64,000 nt of DNA. It comes from Phoronis australis (lineage: Eukaryota; Animalia; Phoronida). A model generated the notes under the pieces. That model made no database searches and was not told the DNA's origin. It worked only from the letters and a program-made list of their open reading frames with translations. The position numbers and the translations under genes were made by a program. Positions 49,966-62,324 of this stretch are shown here, piece by piece; within the stretch, counting starts at the first letter, position 1; each line of letters begins with the position of its first letter. The stretch lies in assembly GCA_002633005.1 (NCBI GenBank), contig NMRA01000174.1, forward strand, positions 456,030 to 520,029, in the 5' to 3' direction.

Positions 49966-52900
49966 GTGAGCCTGACCTCCAAGTTAAATGAATCATCGGA
50001 GTTTGACAAGGTGAACCTTAATTTTTACACGTTTTGGTTAGCTGTGCCCAGTGTACCACTCCTTGCTATAACGTGTTGGAGGGTCAAGTTATCTTGGAAG
50101 ATAATTTCTCTCTAAGTCTTGTGTTATTTACCTCAACCTCCATCTATCTTGCTTGTTCCAGTTTTGTTGCTGAATTCTTCAACCATCGTAATTTTTTTTG
50201 CCAGAATGTGTGAATAACTTTGTGTAGAATTGACCAAATAGCATGTAGGTTGGCGTAAGATTGAAGTAGTCCTTATGAGATCACCTCTTCAAAAATTGTA
50301 AAATAATGATTTCTCTCTAGATTTCGAAAGCCTCCAGTAACATAAAGGCAAAACCGAGAACTTTTTACAGTTTGAAAGTTTGCAAATGTTAGTGATTAAT
50401 GTGAATTGTAATCCTTGCACTGTAATGCTGTCAAACTAATAATGCATATATATTGCAGGACAATCAAAGTCCTAAAGAGAAGAAACCAACTAGAAAACCC
50501 AAAAAGGCTCGACATGGTGGCAAACTAACCTCCAAGGACAAAAAGGAGGTTGAAAATGTCCAGCATGAACCACAGGTAGAAGTCATGACTGAGCAAGCTG
50601 AGGAGAACCGCCCCCCGACCCCTGACCTTCTGGTCAAAGGTGTAAAAATGACACCGGTGCCAACGCCTGTGAAGAACGCTACCCCTGGATCCTCTTCTGG
50701 AGGAGCTCGCAAGAGGAAAAGGACAAAGACCCCCGAGACTAAGCTGGACTCGACATTTGAGATTGAGGTACGAAAATTACACGACTTGCCCGACTTGAGT
50801 CACATGGTCTGAAGCTGTACCACTGGATTGTCCATCAATTTATCACTAATACCATGTCTGCCCATTCTCCATTTCTGGGTTATTCTCACATACAGTCCTT
50901 TTCAAAGCATCCTCTTCTCTTTCTCGCATCCTGTTGCTAGATGTGCTTGTTCATAAAATGAGTGATAAATGCTAGGACTGAGAATCTGAATTTGAATTGA
51001 TCAATCGGAAACCTTTCCGATTCAAGGCTCAATTCTGTATCTGCTTTGACAGACACTGTAACCTGTAACTTATTAGTGTCTGTTCACTATGACTATGACT
51101 GGGGACTCATCAGACGGTAGTCTGAAAATGAGACTGGACCATAACACGCATGTTCTATTTCCCTAACTAACAGCAGATGACTTTGGCCTATGCTACTAGA
51201 TGAAGATTTTCTTGAGGCCGAGGCACTTCACTTCATTAAAATTAGCAATACAGTCACACGGAGATTTGAAATCAATTTTGAGTCAATGTTTTTTATTGGC
51301 AATGAGTTGCCGAATCGTTGCAACACTGATACAAGACCCGGACCTTTCTAAAATGTTTGTTGTAACCAAAGTTCACTGTAGCAAAGCAGTTTTTATGACG
51401 CACAGTTGGTTTTGGACTTGAGGAATGGAATGTTATAACTGAACCAAAATTAAAAACCAGGTTAGCATGATTGTACTATAAGACACACTCTTTTTCAAAG
51501 CCTTCCTAATCATAAAAGTTATTGTGCCAGTAGAAATTGGCGAGTCTGGTTATGGCGCGGTGCACAATTCAAGAATGACATTATGTTCAAATTATTACAT
51601 GCAGGGAACACTGTGGTGTTACCGTGTCTCTTGTAACTTTTTGGGTGTTTGATTCAGAACACTACGGAAGCAGCTGCTGTTGATTCAGCAGAAGCACAAG
51701 AGGAAATCACTGGACAGACCAAAAGGGCACGAAGGAATACGTACGAAGTGGAGAAAACCAGTCCTGGAACGAAGATGATCGTCGAGAACCTCACTCAGGA
51801 GATGGACAGTGACGCCATGAAGGCGAGTCTAATGGACGCCATTGAGAAGAAAGTGCAAGAGAAAAGTGAGTATTCTCCATGCCTGATGGACAAGTAAGAG
51901 CTTGTTTTATTTTCAATTCGTGTGGATGCAAGGATTTAAATCCAAGTTTATTTTATTTGGTAATTAATTTGTAAATTTGTCATATCATGGGTTTTACGTC
52001 TAAACAGATTTCAGTTTGATATTTACGGGAGCATGTCAAATTGAGGGTGTTGTTACATTGATTGAAACAGCCTTTTCTGTAAATTGACATTCAAATGCTT
52101 GTTGCTGTTGTTTTACTTTATAAAAATATTATTTCAATTATTATGATGCCTACGGAAAGAGACTTTCATTCAATTTTAATAGACTGGTGCATTATACATC
52201 ATATAAGTGTTTCTGTCTGCTTCATCTAGTCTGCATATTACAGAGGCAACCCTCCCCCCTCCTCAGTCTAAGACGGGGAGCTCGTCAAATATCCCAAGAT
52301 TTGCCGCCTTCCTAGCTAAGCAGAAACAGGACGGGGCATCATCAGCCAAGAAACCAATCACTCCTGGTGAGGAAGACAGGCATTTAGTGTTGTTATTTGT
52401 CTTCAGTTGGAAGGTGCATGACTGCACATTTAGAGGCATTTCAAGCAGTTACTTGAGAAATTAATATTTGAAACAGCAGGAACTGCATGTTGAAAAAAAT
52501 GCAGTATGCAGTTTGTGACTTGCTGTGCATTGCTTTCCTTTTTAAAAATAGTTCTTTAAGTCTTGCTTTATGACTTAGTTTCTCGTGTTTGTCACAAGTG
52601 GACCGTGGTTACTCATGGCTAATGACTTTCTCAAACCACTTTGAGGTTGTGATTTAGAAATGATGTCAACGTATTTGTACATCTTTAATGCAAGTGCTGA
52701 TGAAAAGGGTAATAGTCTGATATAACATGAGAGCATTTTAAGAACCAGTTTTCTCCACTGAATAACGGACATCAGCTAGTTCTCAAAACTGTCGCACGTT
52801 ATATTGGGCTATTGCCGTTGAACACTATGGTATTCTGGTTTCTGCCAGTTCAAGTTACATGCATAACTGTTATATTCCATAGTTAACTACGGAGAATTTC

Positions 52901-55900
52901 ACCGTAAGTCAAAACCATGTTTGACAAACATTAGCTAGTAGGCCAGCTGTTGTTTTGTTTTTGCACTACATTGTAACCATGGTCAGAAAGCAAGGTCAGA
53001 CATGGTTATCCGTGCTTTCAAAGAACCAATAAACTAGTGAAGTTCGCTTGTATGATCAACAATCATGAATGTATTTGTACAACCTATGGAGAATCATCTA
53101 AGGGTCATAGTTTGACCATCGTCAACAATGTTTGAGTTTGGTTTACTTTGGTCAAGTGTATGGTCAACAATGGTTGGAAAATAACACCATATTTTACTAT
53201 GGTTTGGTCACGGTTAATCATGCTTCACTTTGCATGCATTTTGCAGAGGTTTGAGTAGCCTTCATAGTGTGAAGTGTAAGCGGTGACACCTGTTATATTT
53301 TGCTCAAATCAGTTGCATAATGATGAAACTTCACTACACTGTTTGATCTTCACTGATCCTTCTGGAGAGGGTGCTCCTTGCAGAGCTCATTTAAACTAAC
53401 TTCCATACATCCACTGTTGCAGGAAACAAGGACTGGAGTAAGATTCACCAGCGTCAGTTTAGCAAGATGGAGTCAATCGATGTCTACCTGGCCAAGAAGA
53501 ATCGACGCACGGAGGAGATGACTGCTTCAGTGAAGAAAGCGAGGCTACTGGCCGAGCAGACACGAAAGGCTGTGGAGACAATCAAGAACCACCGTACGCC
53601 TACTCACAAGGTTTGTTGTGCTTTCGTGTAGAAGCGGCATTGTAAAAGATGCACAGATCCTCATATTTACAACAGTTTATGTTGGCATCTTGACAGCTGT
53701 ATAAGATATGTCACATGCATGCATTGGAGGTAATTGTTAATTCTCTCTAATTATAATTATACTAATGGAACTTAGGGGTGTGGAAAGACCCACTGTTACT
53801 TGTCTTTTAATTTGAAGCCAGCAAAAATAAAGTGAAATGGCATGTGTACCGTAAAGTATCACCTATAATGATTGCCAAACTTATCCTTTTTGCATTTTTC
53901 AAAAACTCCTACAATTGTTGTGATTGCCAACAGTTTCTCAAAAAGCTACCCGGTGGTAGTTATGGTGTACAAATTGATAAAACCTTTGTTTTCTGTTACT
54001 TAACTCTTATGGTAAAAATGGAAAAATACAATTTCACTCGTCTGCCCTAATCTGAGATTTTATCAAACACAATGGATAGAATCGTTGGTCGTTCCCTAAA
54101 TGCAGTTTTTCGCTAAGTGCATTTACATCAGAGCAACACAACTCAGAGAAAGGTGAGAAGTTACAATAAAGAGTACCACCTGTCTTGATTACACTATTTT
54201 TGAAGCTTTAAACATCTTTTAAACTATAGTCTAGGTGAGCTGCAACACACTTGACTGAACTTCTTGGTTTTTCGTGTGAAGAATTCATCCAGGGATTGGT
54301 ACACATCAAATTATTCCTTGACAAATTGCTTTTTGTGAAAAATTCCATTTCTGCGTACCCAGCTCCTCTTTTTGCACAGTTGCACATGTTTTTCCAGGGA
54401 GCAAAGATTGTGCGTCCAGTGAAAGGGGGACTCACCTTCAAGTCACCCGCCCACGCTGGTGTGCCATTCGTTCCCACGGTGACATCCACTAGCAAGATGA
54501 CCATCAACTTTGCTGGGACAAAGACGCCCTCATTCACCGCTGGCTCAAAACCAGTGACTGGTGAGATTTTGGATTTAAACGAAATGTCTTAGGAAAAATT
54601 GTGGGACACATTGCTACATTTGCTGAACATAGGGTTTTCACCTTTGTGCGCCATTGTTAGTTTGTTATGTTGAATCCATGTAGTGTGAGTGATCGTTGGT
54701 GTCTACTGTTTGTTTTGTAAAATCACCGTTAACAAAAGTGATTACAGTATGCACATCTGTCTTCCAGTGAACAGTTATAAAGCAAACAGCCAACAGACAT
54801 TACTATATCAAGGTACAAAAAGACGTCTTTATTGTGATGTCTACCGGTATTTTGCTAATTATAACTCTACACTGGCAGATAGACGAGATAGTTTGTACAG
54901 AACTGTCATGTGTTCAGTCAGTTTTGTCTGCTAGAATGGCTCCTGTCATATTATCATAAAACTCCTGCTCATTAGGTTTCCGCTGGTTACACTGGGCAGT
55001 GTTCACAGTGCTCTAACTGTGACAATTTGTTTCTGATAACACTATTGAGGCAGAGTAGTAGCCACAATTCGTAATGTAAAATCATGTGCTGAATTGTTAT
55101 GCTGAGGAACGTGTCACTTTATAATAATACCTATCTATATCCTGACCCCCATTCTGGTTGATAATAGTCTGAAATCAGTCTCACTGATCATCTGTCACAT
55201 GATCATTCATCGAAAACCTCTTTAGATGATTATGATCAACCAAAATCGACTGTGTAAACGATCCACTTGTCAGTTTTGTCCGTGCCTTGCATTTCACTCG
55301 TTTTGCCTGTGCCGTGTGTCACACTCTGTTGTCTGTGTTGTGTGTTATACTCCTTTGTCTGTGTGTTCAGGGTTCAAAAGCAGCACACGCAAGTCTCCCA
55401 GACTGAGTGACAACACTAAGGAGAACCAGCCCAAGAAGTCCATGGGTGCCCCAGTCCTGTCAACAGGTCAGACTCTAAATGCCAGTATTGTTTGTAGCAA
55501 TAGTGTGTTCTACCTCTTCAACAAAGAATACTTCAGTTCAAGGCAATGCTGTTATAATCTATATGATACACACATTTAAAATTATGCTCACTATACTGCA
55601 TCCTAAACTGAACAATTTTTACCATAACCTTCCAGTGACATCGTTCAACCTGAATGTGACGCAGCCAACCCCTGCCAAGAAGCCCGTGTTTGACCTGAAG
55701 GCAAGCTTATCCAAGCCAATCACATGGAAGGTGCATAAGGGGAAGCTACAGCCGTGGGAAGTGAAGAAGTCATCGTACAAGGCGCATCAGCCGCAGACTA
55801 AGTAGGTCAACTCATGCGTTAGTGATGATTGCCAATGGACCTCCTGAGCTTGAGGAATTACTAGAAAAAAATAGGCTCAAAACGACTGCCCTGCAGTAAT

Positions 55901-57063
55901 TTAGTTTATTCTCATTTGAAGAATGGTTGAGCAGAGTCTATTGTTAATGCCCTTTTCAAATGTCTTTAGCTGAGAGAAATGATAGTATTAAGTAAGCAAG
56001 AGTGAGCGTGTTGCATCTTCAGAACGCAGCCCTCTGGTCTGTTTCCTGAAAGTGACTGAAGAAATTTGGTCTTACGCTCCACACAACTATTTCTGGAAAA
56101 TATTTTAATCTCCCTTGAGCAAAAATGCAAACCCTTTGAGAATATACACATAACTGCGAGTTACCTAGGTAATTTCTATAAATTATTTGTCATGCGCTCA
56201 TAAGAACTTGGCTAAACCATTAGTCCACAAATTGTGAAATGGTAGCACAATTTGTCATGGACCAGATCCCTTAACACTATTACATGTCGTGATTCTATTC
56301 TGTGTGCTACTCACTTTTCCAAACAAGGATAGCCTCTCGTTAGATACTGTTTACTCATATTTCTACAGCTGTTCAGTGTGAAGCATACAACCTCATACAC
56401 TTGGATTAATCTCCATGTTTGGTTCGATGGCCATTCCTTATCCTTTAATATTTTTGCTTTTAGGAAATTGTACTTTGTTGCATTCGATTTCATGCCCACT
56501 CTATGGTTCTGCATTTGCAAATGTGTTGCATACTGTTTAGGGAATAGGGAATAGTACTATAACTTCCCAACAATCCGATTCACACAATGACGAATGTCGT
56601 CTCATCACACAAAATGAAGACATCAAATAAAGCTTGTTAATTTCTGTATTCTATGGTTGTACTGTGGTTGGAATATATCTCGTAAGTGCTATTTTTTGGT
56701 TTTAATAATAAATTGTCTCGTTTTTAGTTTGTTTTTCATACTCTAAAGTTGGTTACAGTTGACCTGCCAAAGCAGTGCTCAATACAACTTTGATTACATC
56801 AAATGCCCTTGTTTGTCAGTCGACCAAAGTTAGCATCAAGAATGCATTGTATGAATTGCGACGTATGATTTTTTTAGATTTCATGTCAATATGTTTTTAG
56901 TTTCAATTTGGGCAAGGTAGTGAGCTTACAAAATTATTTGGTGCAAGATTTCATGACCATGAGTCGTGTCTTTTCCAGGGAGGACCGTGTGAAAGCTGCA
57001 AAGGCCAACAGAGCAGACAAAAAATTCAACATGGCCATGCAGAGACGGGGCATTGTTGCTTAG
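49813..57063 (+). CDS. NUSAP1: Nucleolar and spindle-associated protein 1 homolog (first coding exon not visible), ~500 aa visible
   Basis: Exons 49813-49965 (or 50010), 50459-50767, 51658-51865, 52244-52366, 53423-53610, 54398-54560, 55371-55466, 55636-55801, 56979-57063, all in phase. NuSAP hallmarks: AAKLLQAL (end of SAP domain), DWSKIHQRQFSKMESIDVYL, KEN box, FDLKASLSKPITWKVHKGKLQPW, C-terminal MQRRGI. Confidence 0.9.
49924..50013 (+). repeat. 45-bp tandem duplication spanning a NuSAP splice donor
   Basis: agcctgacctccaagttaaatgaatcatcagactttgaaaaggtg / agcctgacctccaagttaaatgaatcatcggagtttgacaaggtg (3 mismatches). Confidence 0.92.
50459..50767 (+). CDS. NUSAP1: NuSAP exon (basic/NLS-rich, TP sites)
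   Basis: ttgcag|DNQSPKEKKPTRKPKK...RKRKRTKTPETKLDSTFEIE|gtacga. Confidence 0.85.
51658..51865 (+). CDS. NUSAP1: NuSAP exon
   Basis: attcag|NTTEAAAVDS...KASLMDAIEKKVQEK|gtgagt. Confidence 0.85.
52244..52366 (+). CDS. NUSAP1: NuSAP exon
   Basis: ttacag|ATLPPPQSKTGSSSNIPRFAAFLAKQKQDGASSAKKPITP|gtgagg. Confidence 0.83.
52900..53230. repeat. Degenerate (A)ACCATGGT-motif-rich interspersed repeat
   Basis: Many accatg/catggt/atggtt variants; boundaries approximate. Confidence 0.45.
53423..53610 (+). CDS. NUSAP1: NuSAP exon (conserved charged helical motif; not in ORF track)
   Basis: ttgcag|NKDWSKIHQRQFSKMESIDVYLAKKNRRTEEMTASVKKARLLAEQTRKAVETIKNHRTPTHK|gtttgt. Confidence 0.92.
54398..54560 (+). 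CDS. NUSAP1: NuSAP exon
   Basis: ttccag|GAKIVRPVKGGLTFKSPAHAGVPFVPTVTSTSKMTINFAGTKTPSFTAGSKPVT|gtgaga. Confidence 0.85.
55371..55466 (+). CDS. NUSAP1: NuSAP exon with KEN box
   Basis: gttcag|FKSSTRKSPRLSDNTKENQPKKSMGAPVLST|gtcaga. Confidence 0.82.
55636..55801 (+). CDS. NUSAP1: NuSAP exon (conserved microtubule-binding C-terminal motif)
   Basis: ttccag|TSFNLNVTQPTPAKKPVFDLKASLSKPITWKVHKGKLQPWEVKKSSYKAHQPQT|gtaggt. Confidence 0.92.
56979..57063 (+). CDS. NUSAP1: NuSAP terminal coding exon
   Basis: ttccag|EDRVKAAKANRADKKFNMAMQRRGIVA*; phase 2. Confidence 0.85.
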
Positions 57064-58959
57064 AAGTGGAGCATCGTCGCCTGGAAACAATCCTTTTTCA
57101 CCTTGGTACTGGCACTGTTGCCCAGCTGTGAATCATTATTTCCCAGTATAACAGATTCAAGTTTTCCTATAGTATTTTAGCTGTGTCAAAAGCTTTATTT
57201 TTATGCCTCATTGTAAATATGCATTGTTTATACTGAAACATCCTTTTAGACAGTTTGAGTGTAGCGAATGAAAATTAGGTGTTCAAAAATTCTACTCAGT
57301 TTGTTTATCAAAAGAGTAAGAGACTCAATGTTCAATGTAGTGCCAAGGGAAGGCAGTTGGAGACTCAATGTACTGCCATGGGAAGTGCCCTCTCGCCTGT
57401 TCAATTCCTTGGTGGTGTTAAGAGATAATGGTCCTACGTGTTTACTTAGATACATGCATTTTTTGCGGAAAGGACTACTGTTTTGATGCCACCATCTAGG
57501 GAGTTTTCATCTTGTAATCCTGTCACTGTGTGTGTCCCAATGTTTTCCGGGGTGTTGGAACTCATTTGAGTTTTGTTTTTGTACGAATTGCAGAATTTGA
57601 ATCAGCTTTGTATGTTCAGTGCATTGCAGGCTCGTTTGCCATGGACATCATCGAAGACAATGTACTACTAGACAACATGGGCAGCTTGTTTAGTAATCTG
57701 TGAAAGTTTTTGGATGTGTGAATGTGATGTTTTGTAACTAGTTGCTAATATGTTGCGTAGCGAATACCTTATTGTTGTAGAAACATTAACTAAAGCTTTT
57801 TGGTGTATATTTTCTTATCCAGTGGCCTTGATTTGACGGGTTTTTATATATGAGAAGTAGACTTAAACAATAGCAATAGATTGAATGTTTATTTGTAATT
57901 GAGTCTTTACCCAGATATAAATTACCAGGCACGTATTGGATGGAGGGGCTGCGTATGCCTCCTGTTCACTCCATTTTATGTTGTGTTAGGGAGGAATCTC
58001 GTTAGTCAACTGTGTTGAACCACTATGGGCGTCATCTGGCATCCGCACCTTTTAAAACATAGTCAGTTAACAGAACGACCATACCCGTTATGATGCCTTC
58101 ATTAGGTAACTTGGTCAATTTGAATAGTTAATGGGAAAAAGCTTGAAACAGTACGATGCTGTCATATTCTACCACTGTAAAGAATAGTGTGCTGCATGCT
58201 AATGTACATATGCTATCATGGTATGTGACAAAAGTAATCAGGCAAAATGTCATTTCTCCGTAATGCGCTTAATTCTGTTAACAACAAAAATAACTGCCAA
58301 TGACAATTATGGTGACAAAATTTCTTGTTGCAAAATAACTTGCCACCTTTTAACTTTCCTTTAAATTCACTCACATTCTTCGTCATCAGGATAGACTTCT
58401 CTAATGGTGAATTTGGCTTCCAGCCAGATGTCATGGCAAGGAGTTGTGGGTTATTTTGTCTGAATTCTTTTGGCATGTGCTGTACATTATACCTTGGCGA
58501 ATATAGCAAATTTTTGTAAGACCTGCACATTTTCTTATTTCCTCTATTCCCATTACTGGCACTTGACTTTACAGTATCTTCAAGCTATGACATTTTTTGC
58601 TCAGCCCTCACCGAGAATTGTACACTCAAGGTCACTCAAGGTCAACATGTCTAGATTGTCATGAAAGGAGCAACAGTTGTCTTGCTAGCTTTTCTCAAGT
58701 ACTTGCAAGGGGGTGTCTGGTAGCACAAGCCACTGCGATGGGTCTCATTCACTTTTATCTTCGCCTTCCTTCATTGGAAGTTGTTTGAAACCAGCTCTTC
58801 TCTATGCAGACTTTAAAGCACCCTCATGAATTAAGAAAGTTGAACTTAACATTCTATACTGAATTCTACTTAATTTGAAGCAGTTTGATTTTATGTTAAA
58901 AAAGTATAAATTGGACACAAGTTTTGACAAAATTGATTCAATTAAAAGTTGCTTCATAA

Positions 58960-59400
58960 GTTTAGTACCGGTGATGTACTCTGTTACTAATAATTGGACT
59001 AAATATCAATTTTACTGTATTATCAAAACGGAACTACAGTCTGAAAAAAACACTCGATCGTTTTTGATGCTCACTGCACAACATTGAAACGACGACACGA
59101 AGGTTTAACCAGAGATGAAAGAACTTTTGTGAAATATGCAATAGTGGTCAAATTGAAAACGAAATTCTTTTTATGTGTCAATGCCCTGTCTTTGGTGATG
59201 TGCGCCGAAATTTGCTTACGAATATGACAGATGATACCAGAGTGGTTAGATTAATTCAAAGCCAAGATCTTTGTGAACTAAAAAGTCTGGTGTTATATAT
59301 TTCAAGAGCAATAGTGCTGAGAGCTGAACTTTTATTATTGTAAAGTTGTAATATAAACTATTATGAGGCCAAGGCCTACATACAATAAACATTTCTGATT
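58960..59400 (+). mobile_element. 3' end remnant of a CR1/L2-group LINE
   Basis: Frameshifted ORF2 C-terminal motif IET..HEGLTRDER/FCEICNSGQIENEI/..CQCPVFGDVRRNL...LKSLVLYISRAIVLR*, then a short UTR with AATAAA at ~59384. Confidence 0.75.
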
Positions 59401-59598
59401 TCTTAGTATCCGAATACGTTAGAAGAGTATTTTTTAAAATTAGAATGCTCTACGTGTCACATTTGTTGGATTTGATGAAACTGAAGTGTACAAGTCTATA
59501 TGAACTAAAACTGAATGTGACCTGTTTTCCAAAGATTCATAAAAGATACACTTCTGTTGTACTAGTACTACTACTTTTGCATATTACGGAGTTTGGTA

Positions 59599-59998
59599 CT
59601 GGGGTTTTCCGTAGATAAGCCCACCCGATGAAACGCCCATGAGCGTTTATTCGGAAAATAGTGCGAATAAACGCCAATGAGCCTTTATTTGGTGTTACAA
59701 CTTCTGGTGTCAAGTGTCCGGAAAATGTCCTTTTAAAAGCCCACCCCCAGTCAACGTTTTGTTTCAAATTCAGTTTTATGGAGCATTTACATATAAAACC
59801 CAACAAGGTGTTGGCAAATTACGCATTTATTATCATACACAGTTTTAAGTTAAAAATGTCTAAGTCAGCAAAACTATGACCTTTACATGCCCTCCTTTTC
59901 CAAATAAGCGCCCGGGCGTTTATTTGGTTTTACTAAGACGCCTGCAAATTTTCATTTTCCAAATACACGCCCATTGCCTTATCTACGGGAAATCTCGG
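59599..59998. mobile_element. MITE (Tc1/pogo-like), degenerate TIRs
   Basis: ttttccgtagataag ... cttatctacgggaaa inverted; internal aataa(a/g)cgcc / gcgtttatt motifs. Confidence 0.55.
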
Positions 59999-60783
59999 TG
60001 GTATAAGTGTGATTTTTTAACAATATTACATTCGAGGCGCCTGTGGCTTAACTCAAACAGATTATAAACCAAAATTGAATGATTTTCATAACTTTTATGT
60101 GCACAAACCCGGTGCTTTTCTTTTCATCCCGCCCAAATTATCACGAGGTGTTCGCATGTAAATATGGCAAAAAAAAATCTTCACACATTGCATTATCACA
60201 CTTTGTCTTACGAAGAGAGCGCGTACACAAATGATCCATCGGAATAAAAGGATACTGCGGAATTGGTTAAAAAAATGAGCGGAAGGTCAAAAAATGCTTG
60301 AACCGATGATGTAAAAAGTGTCGAGGAAAGGAAAATAAGAATGTCATTTTCAATTCCATCAGTCCTGTGCAAGAAAACGTTCCGTAGAGCTAGTATCTTG
60401 TGAGAAAAGCAAGAACTCATAAGGCCTTGTAAAATTATGCGCCGACTTTTTTCGAGAGTATACGTTTGGGAGTTTACTGTACTATCTTAGCAAAACCCTG
60501 GCTGACTTGTCGGTAAGGCTGGAGTGTCGAATTCATTCACTGTTTCTTTTCCGTAACTGAAGCTGATGTCTTGCAGTTTGCTGAACGTAGCCCAGCTCTC
60601 GTCGTTTTAAGTTCTTCTGTTCTTTCCTGAATCAAACATTCAACCTGAATACCAGATATCCCTTTGCCGAATAGTACCCACCAGTAACATTACGCTGTAT
60701 TCAACGGTTTGGTAACATAAACATTACGTCTCTAAATGGCAGAACAACCGGATCTCAATATCCAAATGGGTCTCTATAAACAC

Positions 60784-61002
60784 TTAGCACATGGGTTTTC
60801 CGGCAACCATGTTCTGAGCGCATGTGAGCGGAAGTTTCAGTCCCTGCTCTAATAAGCTAACCAATCCGTTAAGGCAATCACAACACGCTGTGAAGGGACT
60901 GAGGATGATGAACCATATCGCGCAGAAAAACGCGATCGGGAAGGCGAAGATCAACAGGACTAAAAACCACAGGATACTCCAACAAAATCCACAGTTAGCC
61001 AT
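60784..61002 (-). CDS. 72-aa Cys-rich hydrophobic small membrane protein, uncharacterised
   Basis: Complete ATG-TAA ORF in a single coding exon; strong acceptor ttgcag| 17 nt upstream of the ATG (exon start 61019); ~35-aa hydrophobic N-terminal half; C-terminal GLKLPLTCAQNMVAGKPMC resembles an invertebrate uncharacterised family I recall (not verified). Confidence 0.8.
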   Translation of the reverse strand: MANCGFCWSILWFLVLLIFAFPIAFFCAIWFIILSPFTACCDCLNGLVSLLEQGLKLPLTCAQNMVAGKPMC

Positions 61003-61064
61003 ATTTCGTATTGGTTTACCTGCAAATGTAATAAATGTACAGAGTTAACGGAATTTGCCGGTAG

Positions 61065-61356
61065 GCCTGTTTGACTAGCTAAAATAAATACAAAAATCGA
61101 ATTAGGCCTTTTATTCTCATAAAATTGGCCCCTAATATTCCCTACCGTGGCAGGATTCCTTCACCAACTCACGCCAATCCCAATGAACTCTGAAGCGTTT
61201 TCTTGAGTCGCTAATGGCTTCGATAGAGTTCGATCAATTCTATGTTCTTGTTGGTAACGGAAATAAAATCCTATCACGATAAGAAATGTTGAGACTGATT
61301 TTATGACAGTAAAAGGCCTAATTCGATTTCTGTTTTAACCAGCTAAGTAAACAGGG
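61065..61356. mobile_element. MITE with ~58-bp TIRs in the 5' intron of the small protein gene
   Basis: cctgtttgactagct...aaatcgaattaggccttttattctcataaaat vs the revcomp of the right end cctgtttacttagct...aaatcgaattaggccttttactgtcataaaat; TSD not resolved. Confidence 0.78.
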
Positions 61357-61580
61357 TGAAATACAGCTTTGAAGATCCTATTCACGTTCATATAATTCTA
61401 TACATGCATGCCATTCGTATCGAGGATAAATCGCTGATTCACGAACAAAAAGTCATATGCAGTCCTGAATATACAATGTGGTTCCTACTTGTTAGAAATA
61501 GTGAGGTGATGTAGTTTGTCGTCAGGCATTTATGGGTTGTTGTATGATGCCTTACTGAAATCAATTGAAGTGCCTGATTT

Positions 61581-61770
61581 GCATACATATATTACATGCA
61601 TGCATACATCCCATGCATACATGTATACATACATACATGCATACATACATCATTAGATACAAACATACATACTTACATACATACTTACATACATACATAT
61701 GCTTGTGCATCCGCACACACACACACACGCACACGCACACGCACACACAAACACACACACACACACACAT
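61581..61770. repeat. Compound microsatellite: (CATA)n-like then (CA)n
   Basis: Seen directly in the sequence. Confidence 0.95.
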
Positions 61771-62324
61771 TGTATAGTGTGTTCCAAAAATGTTCAAAAA
61801 ATACTCGGTGAAATATGAACACCAGAAAATTGTTTCAGCCTACTAGGAACTAATCATCTTGAATTATAGGAATCCAAAAGTTAAGGAAACTGTCACAGTT
61901 GACTGTACACTGAAGTGTATTTTTTTCAAACTCCACAGCTAACTCTCTTACAAACTTCACATATTCACCAGAACAAACACAACCAACTGCTGCATTCTCC
62001 TTCAAATCGAACATAATGTGCAGCGCAGAAAATCGGTCCTTTCATTGTTCTCCGCCTGGAGGTGAAGCTGCGCAACTGATTGCGTTTGGTGACAACTCGA
62101 AACTTTTTGTTCTCAGCTGCGGCACTTTTTTCGAACGTCTATGTTATTTTTTTGTCTTTTCCTTTATATTAATGGCGTGGCCATAAACTGTTATATTTTT
62201 AACTAAAAAAATGAGACGGCATTTTTGTCATTTGCATAAATAAAATATTTCGATTTGAGCACAAGTTTTCCGGTCGGTCACGCGAGAGAAAATGAATTTG
62301 ATTTATGTTTTAATTTCAATTTAA

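Noticed and set aside
57321-57386. Short imperfect direct repeat in the NuSAP 3' UTR
   Set aside because: Two diverged copies only (tcaatgta.tgcca.gggaag); no evidence of function.
61561-61811. His/Thr-rich and Cys/Val-rich ORFs
   Set aside because: Translations of the (CATA)n/(CA)n microsatellite.
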